Below, one piece after another: positions 18,894 through 28,607 of a stretch of 64,000 nt of DNA; the first letter of the stretch is position 1; every line of letters begins with the position of its first letter. The position numbers and the translations under genes are program-made. A model generated the notes under the pieces. That model worked only from the letters and a program-made list of their open reading frames with translations. It was not told the DNA's origin and ran no database searches. The DNA is from Escherichia phage FEC14, in sequence record MG383452; one strand, written 5' to 3'.

Positions 18894-19020
18894 CTTCCGG
18901 CTTCGCCAGCATGTGTTCTATGAATTCGCGATTAGTTTCAATCTGTTGGATTAAAACTTCGCTGGGTTTAAACTGTGAGTCAAGAGAGTCAACTCCTGAA
19001 CGCAAAAATGGTTTGGTCAT
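18856..19020 (-). CDS. small ORF (about 55 aa) whose stop overlaps the vWA start (ATGA); not in the supplied track
   Basis: Hand translation MTKPFLRSGVDSLDSQFKPSEV...; boundaries approximate. Confidence 0.3.
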
Positions 19021-19021
19021 A

Positions 19022-19381
19022 TCAATTCCCTTTCACTTCCATGACACCAGAAATATTCTTCAGGGCTTCACGGACTTCCGACGCCTTATCTTTCTTTACA
19101 ATCACAACAATGAAAGAAAAGTTCTTTTTCTTACGCCAATTCTTGAAATGAGTGACCAACTGGATATCTTTCTCTTCAGCACCACTTTCTCCAGCTACAG
19201 GGATATAAACTGTGCCTGACTCAATTACGACATCAGCATCGTCTGGAATATTTTCATCGAGTTCTTCACGGTATTCTCCATTAACTTTGACGCAATGATC
19301 ATCGTGCCAAGCACCCTTTTCCCAATATTCGTCATCGTTATAGTAGGCGTTGAATTCAACACCTTTCATTTTTACGGACAT
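19022..19381 (-). CDS. hypothetical acidic protein (119 aa)
   Basis: Minus-strand ORF. Confidence 0.45.
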   Translation of the reverse strand: MSVKMKGVEFNAYYNDDEYWEKGAWHDDHCVKVNGEYREELDENIPDDADVVIESGTVYIPVAGESGAEEKDIQLVTHFKNWRKKKNFSFIVVIVKKDKASEVREALKNISGVMEVKGN

Positions 19382-19481
19382 GATTTCCTCGCTTTACAAT
19401 TGGACCATTATACCTTGGCTTGTTAATTGAAACGCCCAGCAATTTGCCGGACGTTATTGATTTTGAAAGACTTTTGAAGAA

Positions 19482-20207
19482 TTACAAGTAGGACACCACG
19501 ATGGCTCTATACAGCGCCCCCACGGAATCATCAGGTTCGGCTTTCGGATCTAACAAGAATTTCTTAACACGATCACAAGCTGCTTGGCGTTTGTCTTCTG
19601 ATAGGTCACACCACGGATAATCCCCTGAAGCAGCATTACACGTTTTCGCCAAACGCAAGACAAGTTCAGAATTTAGTTCTTCAGAAGTCATGAACGAGCG
19701 AAGATACGCTTCCACCAAAGATCTTGCTTCACCATTACGTCGTTCGTTATAACGTTCATTATCGGTGCGAACAAATTCAACTCGAAATCCCCGACTTGGA
19801 TCCTTGGGATGACGAAACACGACGGATTGTCCTTTACCCTTAAGGAATTCAGAACCACCCATCTCATGTATCGCTTCCCTTTCTGACACATATTCATCAA
19901 TGTTGATCTTAGCATCTTTGACGGACACATCGATGATCTGCTTTTCTACCATCGCGCGATATGCTTCTAGTTCCCACAGCTGGGAGAAGGTCTTTTCATA
20001 GGCCAGTTTCTTACCCAACTCTTCATCAAAGTTGGCTGGGTCGATAGAAGTTGAACTATTCTTACCCCACACAACGAACCCATTGTCCATCTTGAAATGG
20101 CATGTAATGACGCGGTGACCACCAACTTCACGGTCTTCATAAATCACTTCAGCAATATGTGACTTCAGAAGTTCTGGTGTGAGTTTAATCCCTTCACGAT
20201 TACCCAT
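19482..20207 (-). CDS. hypothetical protein (241 aa)
   Basis: Minus-strand ORF. Confidence 0.5.
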   Translation of the reverse strand: MGNREGIKLTPELLKSHIAEVIYEDREVGGHRVITCHFKMDNGFVVWGKNSSTSIDPANFDEELGKKLAYEKTFSQLWELEAYRAMVEKQIIDVSVKDAKINIDEYVSEREAIHEMGGSEFLKGKGQSVVFRHPKDPSRGFRVEFVRTDNERYNERRNGEARSLVEAYLRSFMTSEELNSELVLRLAKTCNAASGDYPWCDLSEDKRQAACDRVKKFLLDPKAEPDDSVGALYRAIVVSYL

Positions 20208-20451
20208 TATTCACCCCCACTTTCACCAAACGATCCAGTAATTGGTAAATCTTGCGGGGACAACGCCTTAAATCTTCATCCGACAGATATAGCACTTCGG
20301 TCTGAATATCTTTAAAAGTTGAAAGGTTATTCAACTCAGATTCGACGACGGTTTTCAATTGCGTATACGCTTCATCGCAATAATTTCGGCGGTTGCAATC
20401 GGTCATTACCTGAGATAACTTTTCAAAAGATTCTTGTATTTCCTTTGACAT
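20200..20451 (-). CDS. hypothetical protein (83 aa)
   Basis: Minus-strand ORF. Confidence 0.4.
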   Translation of the reverse strand: MSKEIQESFEKLSQVMTDCNRRNYCDEAYTQLKTVVESELNNLSTFKDIQTEVLYLSDEDLRRCPRKIYQLLDRLVKVGVNNG

Positions 20452-20860
20452 CGTTTGACACCTCTAGTTGGTCACACACAGATATTACTTTACGGCACGT
20501 GTCGATATCGAATAAACCGATATGGCAGTCGCGTTTCTTGATCCCCAGATTATGAGCCAGCCAGCTGTAAGCATCACTCCTGCTCCTCTGCCCACTTTTC
20601 CAGATAGGGTCAAACGACCTATGAGCTTCCTGCTTAGCAGCACGGAGAGCGGCATTCGCCATCCTTCCCAGAGGTTGTCTACCATCCCCATGGGTATGGC
20701 AACCCACACGAGCGTCGCATGGCGAGCATACCCAAAACTTCAGTTTGTGTAGATCTGGGCGATGAGGGTAGAGTACATCACCCCCGACGTATTTGGCAGG
20801 AAGGCCGCAGTAATCACAGATGACAGGTTTCATATTCTTTGTCCAAAAGAAACCCCGCAC
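20423..20860 (-). CDS. Cys-rich zinc-ribbon protein
   Basis: Paired Cys motifs CDYCG...CSPCDARVGCH...C...C. Confidence 0.4.
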   Translation of the reverse strand: MRGFFWTKNMKPVICDYCGLPAKYVGGDVLYPHRPDLHKLKFWVCSPCDARVGCHTHGDGRQPLGRMANAALRAAKQEAHRSFDPIWKSGQRSRSDAYSWLAHNLGIKKRDCHIGLFDIDTCRKVISVCDQLEVSNDVKGNTRIF

Positions 20861-20892
20861 ACGGCGGGGTTGCTCAGGCCGGAGCCGACAGA

Positions 20893-21264
20893 TTATTTCA
20901 ACAGAGCTTCCAGTTCTTCAAGAGATTTACCTTCAAGCTCCTGCTGTTTCTTACGCTGGATCAGTTCCAGAATAACCTGGTTGTTCGCTTTACGTTCGGC
21001 GGCGGTTGCGCTTTCGTCACGTTCTTTCAGTTTAACACCGATGATCGCTTTCACGATATCGAAACGCAGTTGTAACTGAGAGTCGACTGCGCTTTTCACG
21101 CCGATGAAATCTTCTTCATCGCTGGCGGCTTCCTTCACCTGACGGCTGAGGTCTTTCGCCAGTTCGTTTAGGGCATTCAGGTTCAGATCCCAAACCTGCT
21201 CAACAGATAGCAGACCTTTGTTAGAGTTGAAACGCAGTTTTAAACGGGTTGCTTGATCAAACAT
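20893..21264 (-). CDS. hypothetical coiled-coil protein (123 aa)
   Basis: Minus-strand ORF; heptad-like charged sequence. Confidence 0.45.
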   Translation of the reverse strand: MFDQATRLKLRFNSNKGLLSVEQVWDLNLNALNELAKDLSRQVKEAASDEEDFIGVKSAVDSQLQLRFDIVKAIIGVKLKERDESATAAERKANNQVILELIQRKKQQELEGKSLEELEALLK

Positions 21265-21301
21265 TTCATTGTTCCTTATTACGAATTTGTGGTCAAATCA
21301 A

Positions 21302-23320
21302 TTAGAAGATGACTTTTACAGTACGGTTAAACGCGCCGGACACTTTGACGAACACGTGGTTGCGTTGCGTCGTTGAGAATCCCAGACCGGACAGTTGGTT
21401 TTCATTCGGCTGGACTTTCATTTTACTACCCAACATTTCAAAAACCTTACGATGTTTATCCAGTTCCGGCTTCAGATATTCGTTGTAGAAACCACGAGTA
21501 CCTTCAGGATTAGCACAGCCTTCAAGAATGAAGAACACATGCTTGTTACCAGTTTGCTCCCCATCCCAATGGTTTGGTGAATTCAGAACCAGCTGTACTT
21601 TCTGGAAGGTCGCAGTCTTGATACCCCAAACTTCTTTAGACTTATCAACATTAGCCAGTTCGGACTTAATGCTAACGACTTGTTTGTCTTTAACAGTCAG
21701 GATGACTGCAGTGATACGCCCCTGATCTTTCAGGCCAGGATGGCTGAAACGATGCGTTGCGCCTTTGTATTCTACTTCGACTTCAAACCCTTCGTCGATC
21801 TTTTCACGTTGATTGTAGTTGTGGATTTCGAAACGGTATTCACCATCGCGCAGCTTGCTTTCATCTGTAAAGATGATATTTTCCACCGGAGCGCGGTTTG
21901 GATCAATACCATCCATACCGTTCATATCGATATCCAGATGGGCACCTGTCATAGAGCGACGATCACGGAAGTACACGTGCTCCATATTGTTAAAGAACAT
22001 ATGAAGATCGAGGTCGTCGTTATTGTGCCACGCCAAGGAAACGCGCAGATACCCGTCAACTTTACCACCAGCAGCCTTTACACGTTCTTTAATGGAATCG
22101 GTCACTTCACCGTTGTAAGACCAGGAGAACCCGTTGTTCCACTTGAACAGGTTAGGCGCATCTGGGTTCGCCGGAGCAACCAGGGACATCAGGTTGCTAG
22201 TATGAGAATTCTCTACAAGCACTTCCATTGAATGCGCTTTTGGCAGAACATTGCTCAGGAAATCATCAACGCTGATCTCTTCAACTTTTTCCAGGGACTT
22301 GGTCGGAGTTTTCACTTCGGCGGCCAGCTGTGCAAACGGATCCATCGCTTTCTGAGCAGCCAGATCTGCGAACAGAACGTTGTTGATTGTCAGATCATCG
22401 TAAACCGCATAACGACGCGCCAGTGAGTCTTCCAAACCCAGAGCAATAACTTCTTTCTGAGCGTTTTCGATCATGGATTTTGAAACCAGCGCTGTCGGAC
22501 GTTTGTAGTTCGCCGGAGCAACTTTGGATTCAAACGATTTAACAGCCTTTTCCAGTTCCACGCCTTCGCTGATATCTGTCAGCAGAGTGCCGATAACTGT
22601 GTTACGGATGCCGTGTGGAACATGATTGTTTGAACGGTATCCAGTATGCCATGCCCACAGAGAACGGGCTGATTCGGGGATTTGTTCATACGCTTTTTTG
22701 GTTTCAACAAATCCCTTCACTGCTGCTTTGTGTTCTGCGCCGCGATACAGAGAATTCTGGTCAATCAGTTCCAGAACGATTTCAGCTGATTCCAGAGTAA
22801 TTTCACGCAGACCGCGTTCAAACAATTCAATAGCCTGGCGGATTTCACCTTTTTTCGAAGCGATTGCGTCCGGACGCAGAACATAGCTACCCAGCAGGTC
22901 GGTGTGGAAGTGGTTGTAGGTGCGGACATTGCCGTCTTTCATTTCGTGATTCGACTCAACACCGACTTTCTTGGTATCGTTGAAGTACACGTCGACGATT
23001 ACGTGTTGCTTGACATACGCAGACAGCGCCGCAGCCACCACGTCATATTCATTACCCAGATCAATGTTGTCCCAGATAGAAATTACGTTCAGGTCGGAGT
23101 CGATGGTGATCACACCGCCGATGTTACGGATGAATTGTTTACAGCAGGTGCAGTCGTGCTCAGTACGCTCACGGTAGAGCGGGTTGGTACCAGCAGGGAA
23201 AGATGCCAGATACAGATCCCAAAGAGCATCTTTATCGATATTGGTCATGAACAGACCAGTTGCGGACATCGCCAGCACGTTGTTATTAACTGCCGTTGCG
23301 AAGGGTTTGAATTCTGCCAT
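21302..23320 (-). CDS. large uncharacterised protein (672 aa)
   Basis: Long uninterrupted minus-strand ORF; no family recognised by eye (no polymerase B, ligase or Walker motifs). Confidence 0.6.
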   Translation of the reverse strand: MAEFKPFATAVNNNVLAMSATGLFMTNIDKDALWDLYLASFPAGTNPLYRERTEHDCTCCKQFIRNIGGVITIDSDLNVISIWDNIDLGNEYDVVAAALSAYVKQHVIVDVYFNDTKKVGVESNHEMKDGNVRTYNHFHTDLLGSYVLRPDAIASKKGEIRQAIELFERGLREITLESAEIVLELIDQNSLYRGAEHKAAVKGFVETKKAYEQIPESARSLWAWHTGYRSNNHVPHGIRNTVIGTLLTDISEGVELEKAVKSFESKVAPANYKRPTALVSKSMIENAQKEVIALGLEDSLARRYAVYDDLTINNVLFADLAAQKAMDPFAQLAAEVKTPTKSLEKVEEISVDDFLSNVLPKAHSMEVLVENSHTSNLMSLVAPANPDAPNLFKWNNGFSWSYNGEVTDSIKERVKAAGGKVDGYLRVSLAWHNNDDLDLHMFFNNMEHVYFRDRRSMTGAHLDIDMNGMDGIDPNRAPVENIIFTDESKLRDGEYRFEIHNYNQREKIDEGFEVEVEYKGATHRFSHPGLKDQGRITAVILTVKDKQVVSIKSELANVDKSKEVWGIKTATFQKVQLVLNSPNHWDGEQTGNKHVFFILEGCANPEGTRGFYNEYLKPELDKHRKVFEMLGSKMKVQPNENQLSGLGFSTTQRNHVFVKVSGAFNRTVKVIF

Positions 23321-23433
23321 GGTATAGTCTTCCTGTTTCAGTTCAAAGTGAGCGCCCTTATCGGGGCGCGTCGTTAAAGTGAGGTCAATATATACGTTGA
23401 AAAAGTTATTGAAGAACGAAGTAACGCGATTCT

Positions 23434-24690
23434 TTATTCAGGTTTCTTCAAACGATCTAATAAATTGACCGATCCGCGATTGAGGACAATTTCATCGCAT
23501 CGATTTTTGTATCTCCCGCCTCCATCATAACCGACCTTGCCGCGTGGCTTTTCCCCTCTCTCGATAGCCTCAACACAGCGGGTGTACTTGCTCAATTCAC
23601 AGAACATGTTCTCCAGCTGCATGACGTTCATGCACTGATCTTCCGGCGCTTCGGCTGACCAGAACTGCTCTTGGACATAACCATACTGAGCAAACAATTG
23701 ATACTGATGATCACGAACCCAGAATATGCATTCTTCATGAGTCATGCCGTCCTTATCCAGGAACATCAGGTCAATACCCGCACGGCAACCTGGACCAGCA
23801 ATAGTGAAATGATTCTCACTGAATGGATATTCATCGATGTATGTAAAATCAACCCAAATCTGGTATGCCAAGAATGGTCCAAGCCCCTCAATGTCGTCAT
23901 ACATCGCCTGGTAAACAGAGTCGGGACGGCTAAATTCCCTGAGGCGATCAAAGTAATGAGGGTGTTTGTTGACGAATGCCTTCAAAGAGCGAATGACTCG
24001 CATCGGCATGTATGGTTCCCAGCCTTCTATTTTGTATTCACCAGGATTATCTTCGGCCAGCTTCTTGGCAACCTTGTAATCCATTTCATCTATAACACCA
24101 CCCACCCGATGGACTTTTACCTTCATGCCGCCAAAGCGTTGCTCCTTATGGTTGACAACCAGTTCAGGGAAAGCTAGGCATTGTTTCAGACCGCCTGTAT
24201 TAAACGCATTGGTGAAAACTTTGCCACCTTTAGATTCGAATTCCTGAAGAACATCTCGACACCATTCAAGATTTATGTTTCCGAATTCTTCGATCGTCCA
24301 TGGACCACCCAAAGCCTGTATAGGTTCCCACATGTTGTACATGCGGAACAATACACAGTTAAACATTTTGTCAGATAGCGTGAGATCCTGATCGAGGATG
24401 ATATTATTGATCAAATTTCGAGACTGCCTATCGTGCTCTCTCCGGACGTTACAGAACTTGACCTGCCGTAGTATGGGATTATCCGTCCAAGGAGCAGGAA
24501 GACGCTGGACGTCCTTTCTCACGTGGATCTTATAACGCTCGCTCATCCATTCGTATGCGAGTTGTTTATGGAATGGGCTTAACATGGGATGTGCAGATTT
24601 AATTTTAACTTCCCGAACACCGCAATAAGGAATGTCACACGGTTTATCTTTCATGGTATCCTCTCTAGAATACAAAAAAACAGAGGCCAT
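23434..24690 (-). CDS. uncharacterised protein (418 aa)
   Basis: Long minus-strand ORF; no family recognised. Confidence 0.6.
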   Translation of the reverse strand: MASVFLYSREDTMKDKPCDIPYCGVREVKIKSAHPMLSPFHKQLAYEWMSERYKIHVRKDVQRLPAPWTDNPILRQVKFCNVRREHDRQSRNLINNIILDQDLTLSDKMFNCVLFRMYNMWEPIQALGGPWTIEEFGNINLEWCRDVLQEFESKGGKVFTNAFNTGGLKQCLAFPELVVNHKEQRFGGMKVKVHRVGGVIDEMDYKVAKKLAEDNPGEYKIEGWEPYMPMRVIRSLKAFVNKHPHYFDRLREFSRPDSVYQAMYDDIEGLGPFLAYQIWVDFTYIDEYPFSENHFTIAGPGCRAGIDLMFLDKDGMTHEECIFWVRDHQYQLFAQYGYVQEQFWSAEAPEDQCMNVMQLENMFCELSKYTRCVEAIERGEKPRGKVGYDGGGRYKNRCDEIVLNRGSVNLLDRLKKPE

Positions 24691-24725
24691 TATAGCCTCT
24701 GTTGTTTAGTGAATAACGGATTATA

Positions 24726-25682
24726 TTAATCGAAGCGAGAGAGGTGTGTCACAGTGTTTTGAACAGGTGCGCACGCGTATACACGAACATTAGCACCCCA
24801 CACCCCACACAGCTTAGGCATATTGGTATCGTTAATGATATACGCTGGCACATAACTTTCAATTTGGCCGTTAACATCTACGGGTCGAGAAGATTTTTCA
24901 ACTGCCATAGAAAGAATTATTTCCAACGTTTTTGGAGATACCAACGCCACGCCGTTCAAATCATCAACAAATACCTGACCTTCTTCAATTGCCATGCTGG
25001 CAACGATGTCATTGATCTGACGGGAAGGGGTATTCGTCAGCATATCAGAGAAATCAGGCTCTTTGAACACAGCCATGTTTTTCAGGAATTTTCCTTTCGG
25101 ATATTCTTTGCCATTCCACATCACAGTCTCATTCACTTTGATGCATGCCTGAGGGAATTCACCTTCAACACGTAACTGGCCATCTGGGAAACCGCGTGAA
25201 TAATAATATTCCAGTGCCGGACCGACTTCATCTTCTGAGCGAATAAATTTGCTCATGTTGGAGGCATAAACACGCTGCAAGCACTCATCGCCGTTGAAAC
25301 CAGCAATGTGTGCCACGCCGTCATTGACTGTTGTGATGTCGCCCTGAGCGTCCAAAATCTGGCGCATAATGTCTTTGATGTCGACAACAGCAGGTTCTTT
25401 CAGGACTCGCGGAGATGCAGTGAACTCAATTTTCACCTCGTGGTCGAAATAAGCCGCTTCCAGTAATTCGCGGGTCTCTTCCAGAACCAGTTTGGCCTGA
25501 TTGCGAATTTTACCGAAGTCAGGGGCTGTAATATCTCCAGCCGCATTACCAAAAGCCAAATTCAATCTCACGTTTTTATTAAATGTAGTTGTCATAATAT
25601 AGCGACTCCAGTTATTCGCTTTTTGCCCGACTTGGGCGAATAGTGTATTTTGGAACCAATTTCCACTCAGAAACTTGGTCAT
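24726..25682 (-). CDS. uncharacterised protein (318 aa), N-terminal region weakly resembling all-alpha NTP pyrophosphohydrolases (MazG/dCTPase-like)
   Basis: KLVLEETRELLEAAYF segment resembles the E-x-x-E-L-L-E helix of MazG-like enzymes; weak. Confidence 0.5.
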   Translation of the reverse strand: MTKFLSGNWFQNTLFAQVGQKANNWSRYIMTTTFNKNVRLNLAFGNAAGDITAPDFGKIRNQAKLVLEETRELLEAAYFDHEVKIEFTASPRVLKEPAVVDIKDIMRQILDAQGDITTVNDGVAHIAGFNGDECLQRVYASNMSKFIRSEDEVGPALEYYYSRGFPDGQLRVEGEFPQACIKVNETVMWNGKEYPKGKFLKNMAVFKEPDFSDMLTNTPSRQINDIVASMAIEEGQVFVDDLNGVALVSPKTLEIILSMAVEKSSRPVDVNGQIESYVPAYIINDTNMPKLCGVWGANVRVYACAPVQNTVTHLSRFD

Positions 25683-26076
25683 GTTTTACAACTTTGATCC
25701 GAGACATGTCAGCCACTTCGGTTATTTGTTCCGGATGCAAGATCTTAACCATATTCCATTGCTCCAGAAGCCGTATAATCCGATTCATACGCAGGACATC
25801 TTCACGCGTAAAGCCGTTGTAGTGCCCATCTAGCATGAACAAATGCTTGAAATGCACGATGTGATATCTGCCAAATTTATGCAGGATATGGCACGTTTGA
25901 TACAAGGTGTTAGGCTCTTGACGAGTGTTAACCCCTATCCGACTCAGCGTTTCCTTGATACCCAGGAAAATCCCTGGTTTGTCTTGGTTCAATTGAACTT
26001 CAACCATACAGTCAACAATGCTGGCCTCATCGTTGACAGCTGAAAGTTTTAAGATGTCCAGCGTATTACGCGCCAT
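25612..26076 (-). CDS. regA: translational repressor RegA
   Basis: IKETLSRIG...LYQTCHILHKFGRYHIVHFKHLFMLDG...SEWKLVPKYTI aligns with T4 RegA (VKETLTRMG...LYQSCHILQKKGLYYIVHFKEMLRMDG...HEWKLVPKYTI); true start may be the internal Met at about 26007. Confidence 0.75.
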   Translation of the reverse strand: MARNTLDILKLSAVNDEASIVDCMVEVQLNQDKPGIFLGIKETLSRIGVNTRQEPNTLYQTCHILHKFGRYHIVHFKHLFMLDGHYNGFTREDVLRMNRIIRLLEQWNMVKILHPEQITEVADMSRIKVVKHDQVSEWKLVPKYTIRPSRAKSE

Positions 26077-26105
26077 GACTCATACCCCTTTAACAATTAT
26101 TTGAA

Positions 26106-26528
26106 TTACTTAGCCTTGCGCGGTTTGGCTTTTTCGTTGCTGTTGGAACGTTCGACCTTCGCCTTGATTTCAGCCAGGACTTCTTTCGGCAGGAATCGAA
26201 CATATTCTGAAGCCTTTTCAGGACTGATGTAATAATACTCAGAAATCAATTTCACATCAGGATCCATAGCTCCCTTCTTAGACCACTTGTCATAGCGACG
26301 TTTTGCCGGAATGCTATGAAACGCCAGGTTCCATTGCATCCAAGGAGTAATGGCATGGAAGCGGTTCATTTGTTCGGCAACCACAAGCGTGTCTTTACTC
26401 TGAGCAAGGCCGCGCCGAGTCATGAAAGGATCAAATGCCTTTCTGATTTCGGGGTCTTCGGTCATCAACAGATTCTCTTTGGTGCTATTCAACGCACCGA
26501 GGTAATCGAACAGTGACGGAGCGGCCAT
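26106..26528 (-). CDS. 62: clamp-loader small subunit gp62
   Basis: PAKRRYDKWSK matches T4 gp62 PRGKRYGKWAK; position between gp44 and regA as in T4. Confidence 0.6.
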   Translation of the reverse strand: MAAPSLFDYLGALNSTKENLLMTEDPEIRKAFDPFMTRRGLAQSKDTLVVAEQMNRFHAITPWMQWNLAFHSIPAKRRYDKWSKKGAMDPDVKLISEYYYISPEKASEYVRFLPKEVLAEIKAKVERSNSNEKAKPRKAK

Positions 26529-26532
26529 AATA

Positions 26533-27522
26533 TTACTTCCATTTGATGTTGAGCATGACGTTAGTCAAGAAGTAAACGCCGTGTAACCAGACGTCGCCGA
26601 CGGAACGATGTTCAATCTGAGACTGACCACAGACGCATACCAGATCAGGGATTGACTCGTTTTGAATCAAAGGAGTCTTTTCCTTGTTCTGGGGAACGCA
26701 GAAATGGAAGAAACGGGAATAAAAATCTTCAGTGATGTAGTTTTGGTTGTCGGTCACCCACTGCTTCATCCCAGCCCAATCATTGGTTTTCAGGAAATCA
26801 ACCAACGCTTGGAATTCCCCTGCTTTAACCTGTGCCAGAGCGCGTTCATCGATTTTACCAAACGTGGTGGCATTATCCTGAAGAGTTCCCATAATTTTGC
26901 GATTATCTGGGAAATATGATTTCACAATGGAAGCAATTACACCAGCTTCATACGGAATGCCTTCCTCTGTCAGGATAGTTGCGCAACGACGCATGAATTG
27001 GAGTTTAACTTCATCTGCTTCCTTTTCAGACCAGATAAAATCAATTTCACGACAGCGGGAACGCAGAGGTTCATTAACGCGCTGTTTCGCATTAGTCGTC
27101 AGGATGAAGGAGCAGTTTTTGGAGACTTTCTCTACGATGCCTTTCAGGGATTCCTGTGCCGCCATGGAAAGTCGCTCAACTTCATCAAGGATAACGACTT
27201 TGCGGCCACCGAAAACACTGACGCCAGTTGCGTATTGAATAACGCGGTCACGAATGACATCAATGCTGTTATCCAGTGACGCATTGATCATCAACGGTTT
27301 GATACAACCGATTTCGTTACACACAGCCAGAGCAGAAGTAGTCTTGCCCGTACCAGGCTGAGGGGAATAGAACAGCATTGAGGGGATGTTTCCATTGCCT
27401 GATGTAACATAGCCATGGATTTTTGCACGGACGTCTGAAGGGAGGACGATCTCATCCAGATTGTCAGGGCGATATTTGTTTTCCCACGCATATTGATCTG
27501 TGACGATAGTGATGTTAGACAT
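26533..27522 (-). CDS. 44: clamp-loader AAA+ ATPase gp44
   Basis: KYRP...LDE...P-loop PQPGTGKTT, DEVERL (Walker B), SRC motif (RSRCREIDF); adjacent to gp45 and gp62. Confidence 0.85.
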   Translation of the reverse strand: MSNITIVTDQYAWENKYRPDNLDEIVLPSDVRAKIHGYVTSGNGNIPSMLFYSPQPGTGKTTSALAVCNEIGCIKPLMINASLDNSIDVIRDRVIQYATGVSVFGGRKVVILDEVERLSMAAQESLKGIVEKVSKNCSFILTTNAKQRVNEPLRSRCREIDFIWSEKEADEVKLQFMRRCATILTEEGIPYEAGVIASIVKSYFPDNRKIMGTLQDNATTFGKIDERALAQVKAGEFQALVDFLKTNDWAGMKQWVTDNQNYITEDFYSRFFHFCVPQNKEKTPLIQNESIPDLVCVCGQSQIEHRSVGDVWLHGVYFLTNVMLNIKWK

Positions 27523-27552
27523 TGCAGCCTCTTTAGATAAAACGTTTCAAAG

Positions 27553-27569
27553 GGCGGGGAAACCCCGCC
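27553..27569 (-). terminator. hairpin GGCGGGG-AAA-CCCCGCC followed by U-rich tract on the minus strand
   Basis: Inverted repeat 3' of gp45, 5' of gp44. Confidence 0.45.
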
Positions 27570-27599
27570 ACCGATAATAAAGCACCGAATCGTTATTGA

Positions 27600-28283
27600 T
27601 TAATCCAGCTGCATGCCGACGTAATAGTTGATGGTGCCGTCTGCGGATTGGAAGTTAACCAGTTGCATTTCGGCACAGGCGCGGATCACATAGTTGCCTT
27701 CGATCATTTTCAGGTTGACCACATCAACAGGCATAGCAAAATCACCCAGAGTTGTTTCACCCAACTCAACAGTGTAATCGTTGGAATTGTCGATAGTAGT
27801 AGTCGTGCCCACCAGACGAGTTTTACCGCCGCTGGCAACCAGACGTACAGTTTTGTGGCCCAGAGTAGAACAGGCGCGGGTCAGCTCTTTCATTTTTTCA
27901 GGAGTGACTGTTGCTTCAAATTCTACAGACGGGAGATCGATGCTGTCTGCCGGAACGACAGTCAGTTCTTTAGCGGAACGCCAGAATTGCAGTTGGGAGT
28001 TTTCACCTTTCAGCAAAATGTGGTCTTCCGACATTTCAATTTTACCGCCTTTAAAACTCGGCAGACGCTGGATTGCCAGCAATTTGGTCAGATCCAGAAT
28101 CGGGAATTCGAACGGGAAGTCTTCGTCAATGTCGGCAATAGCGATAACTGTACTGGAATCGTTAACAGTGCGCAACTTTTTACCAGGTGCCAGAACGATA
28201 GAGGGGCAGATGGTTTCAAAGTTAGCCAGCAGTTGTAAAGTGCGTTCGGAGAGAGTGATCTCTTGCATTAGTTGTATCCTCAA
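27600..28283 (-). CDS. 45: sliding clamp gp45
   Basis: 227 aa (T4 gp45 is 228 aa); N-terminal LQLLANFETI matches T4 TALLKNFATI; gene order 45-44-62. Confidence 0.8.
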   Translation of the reverse strand: MRIQLMQEITLSERTLQLLANFETICPSIVLAPGKKLRTVNDSSTVIAIADIDEDFPFEFPILDLTKLLAIQRLPSFKGGKIEMSEDHILLKGENSQLQFWRSAKELTVVPADSIDLPSVEFEATVTPEKMKELTRACSTLGHKTVRLVASGGKTRLVGTTTTIDNSNDYTVELGETTLGDFAMPVDVVNLKMIEGNYVIRACAEMQLVNFQSADGTINYYVGMQLD

Positions 28284-28607
28284 AATATAGTGGGGTTCAA
28301 GTCATATTTGACGCAAATTAGTATCGCGTGTTTGTAGTTATAGAACAAGTGATAAATTGCCCTACGCGCGATAAATAAATGCCTGACGGCATTTATAATA
28401 TTCTGTTTTAATAAAACCTTTCTTTATCAGTCTACTCGCTTCGCTCGTGATAATACTCGTTGCTCGCAAAGCTCACAACTCGTATATTACGCACGGATTG
28501 TTCAACAAGAAAGCGATTTTTATTCAACAAGTAAAATATTTTATTTGGTCTAAACAGAGCATGACATTATTATGTAGCCAAGTTTGCTAACACGTGAGAA
28601 ATAATAT
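28284..28607. promoter_or_regulatory. AT-rich non-coding region (about 320 bp) upstream of gp45, divergent from a plus-strand ORF
   Basis: Longest ORF-free AT-rich stretch in the window; probable promoter cluster; function not resolved. Confidence 0.4.

Noticed and set aside
21302-23320. Ligase-like KDG and glycyl-radical-like VSGA motifs in the 672-aa protein
   Set aside because: Spacing does not fit KxDGxR, and there is no Zn-ribbon or RVSGY context; considered chance matches
24726-25682. Split DNA polymerase (43A/43B-like) across the ORFs downstream of regA
   Set aside because: No exonuclease or polymerase family-B motifs could be found in the 318-, 418- or 672-aa translations
28295-28315. 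tRNA-like T-arm sequence GGGGTTCAAGTC in the AT-rich region
   Set aside because: Flanking bases do not form a T-stem or any cloverleaf; no acceptor stem or anticodon arm could be built
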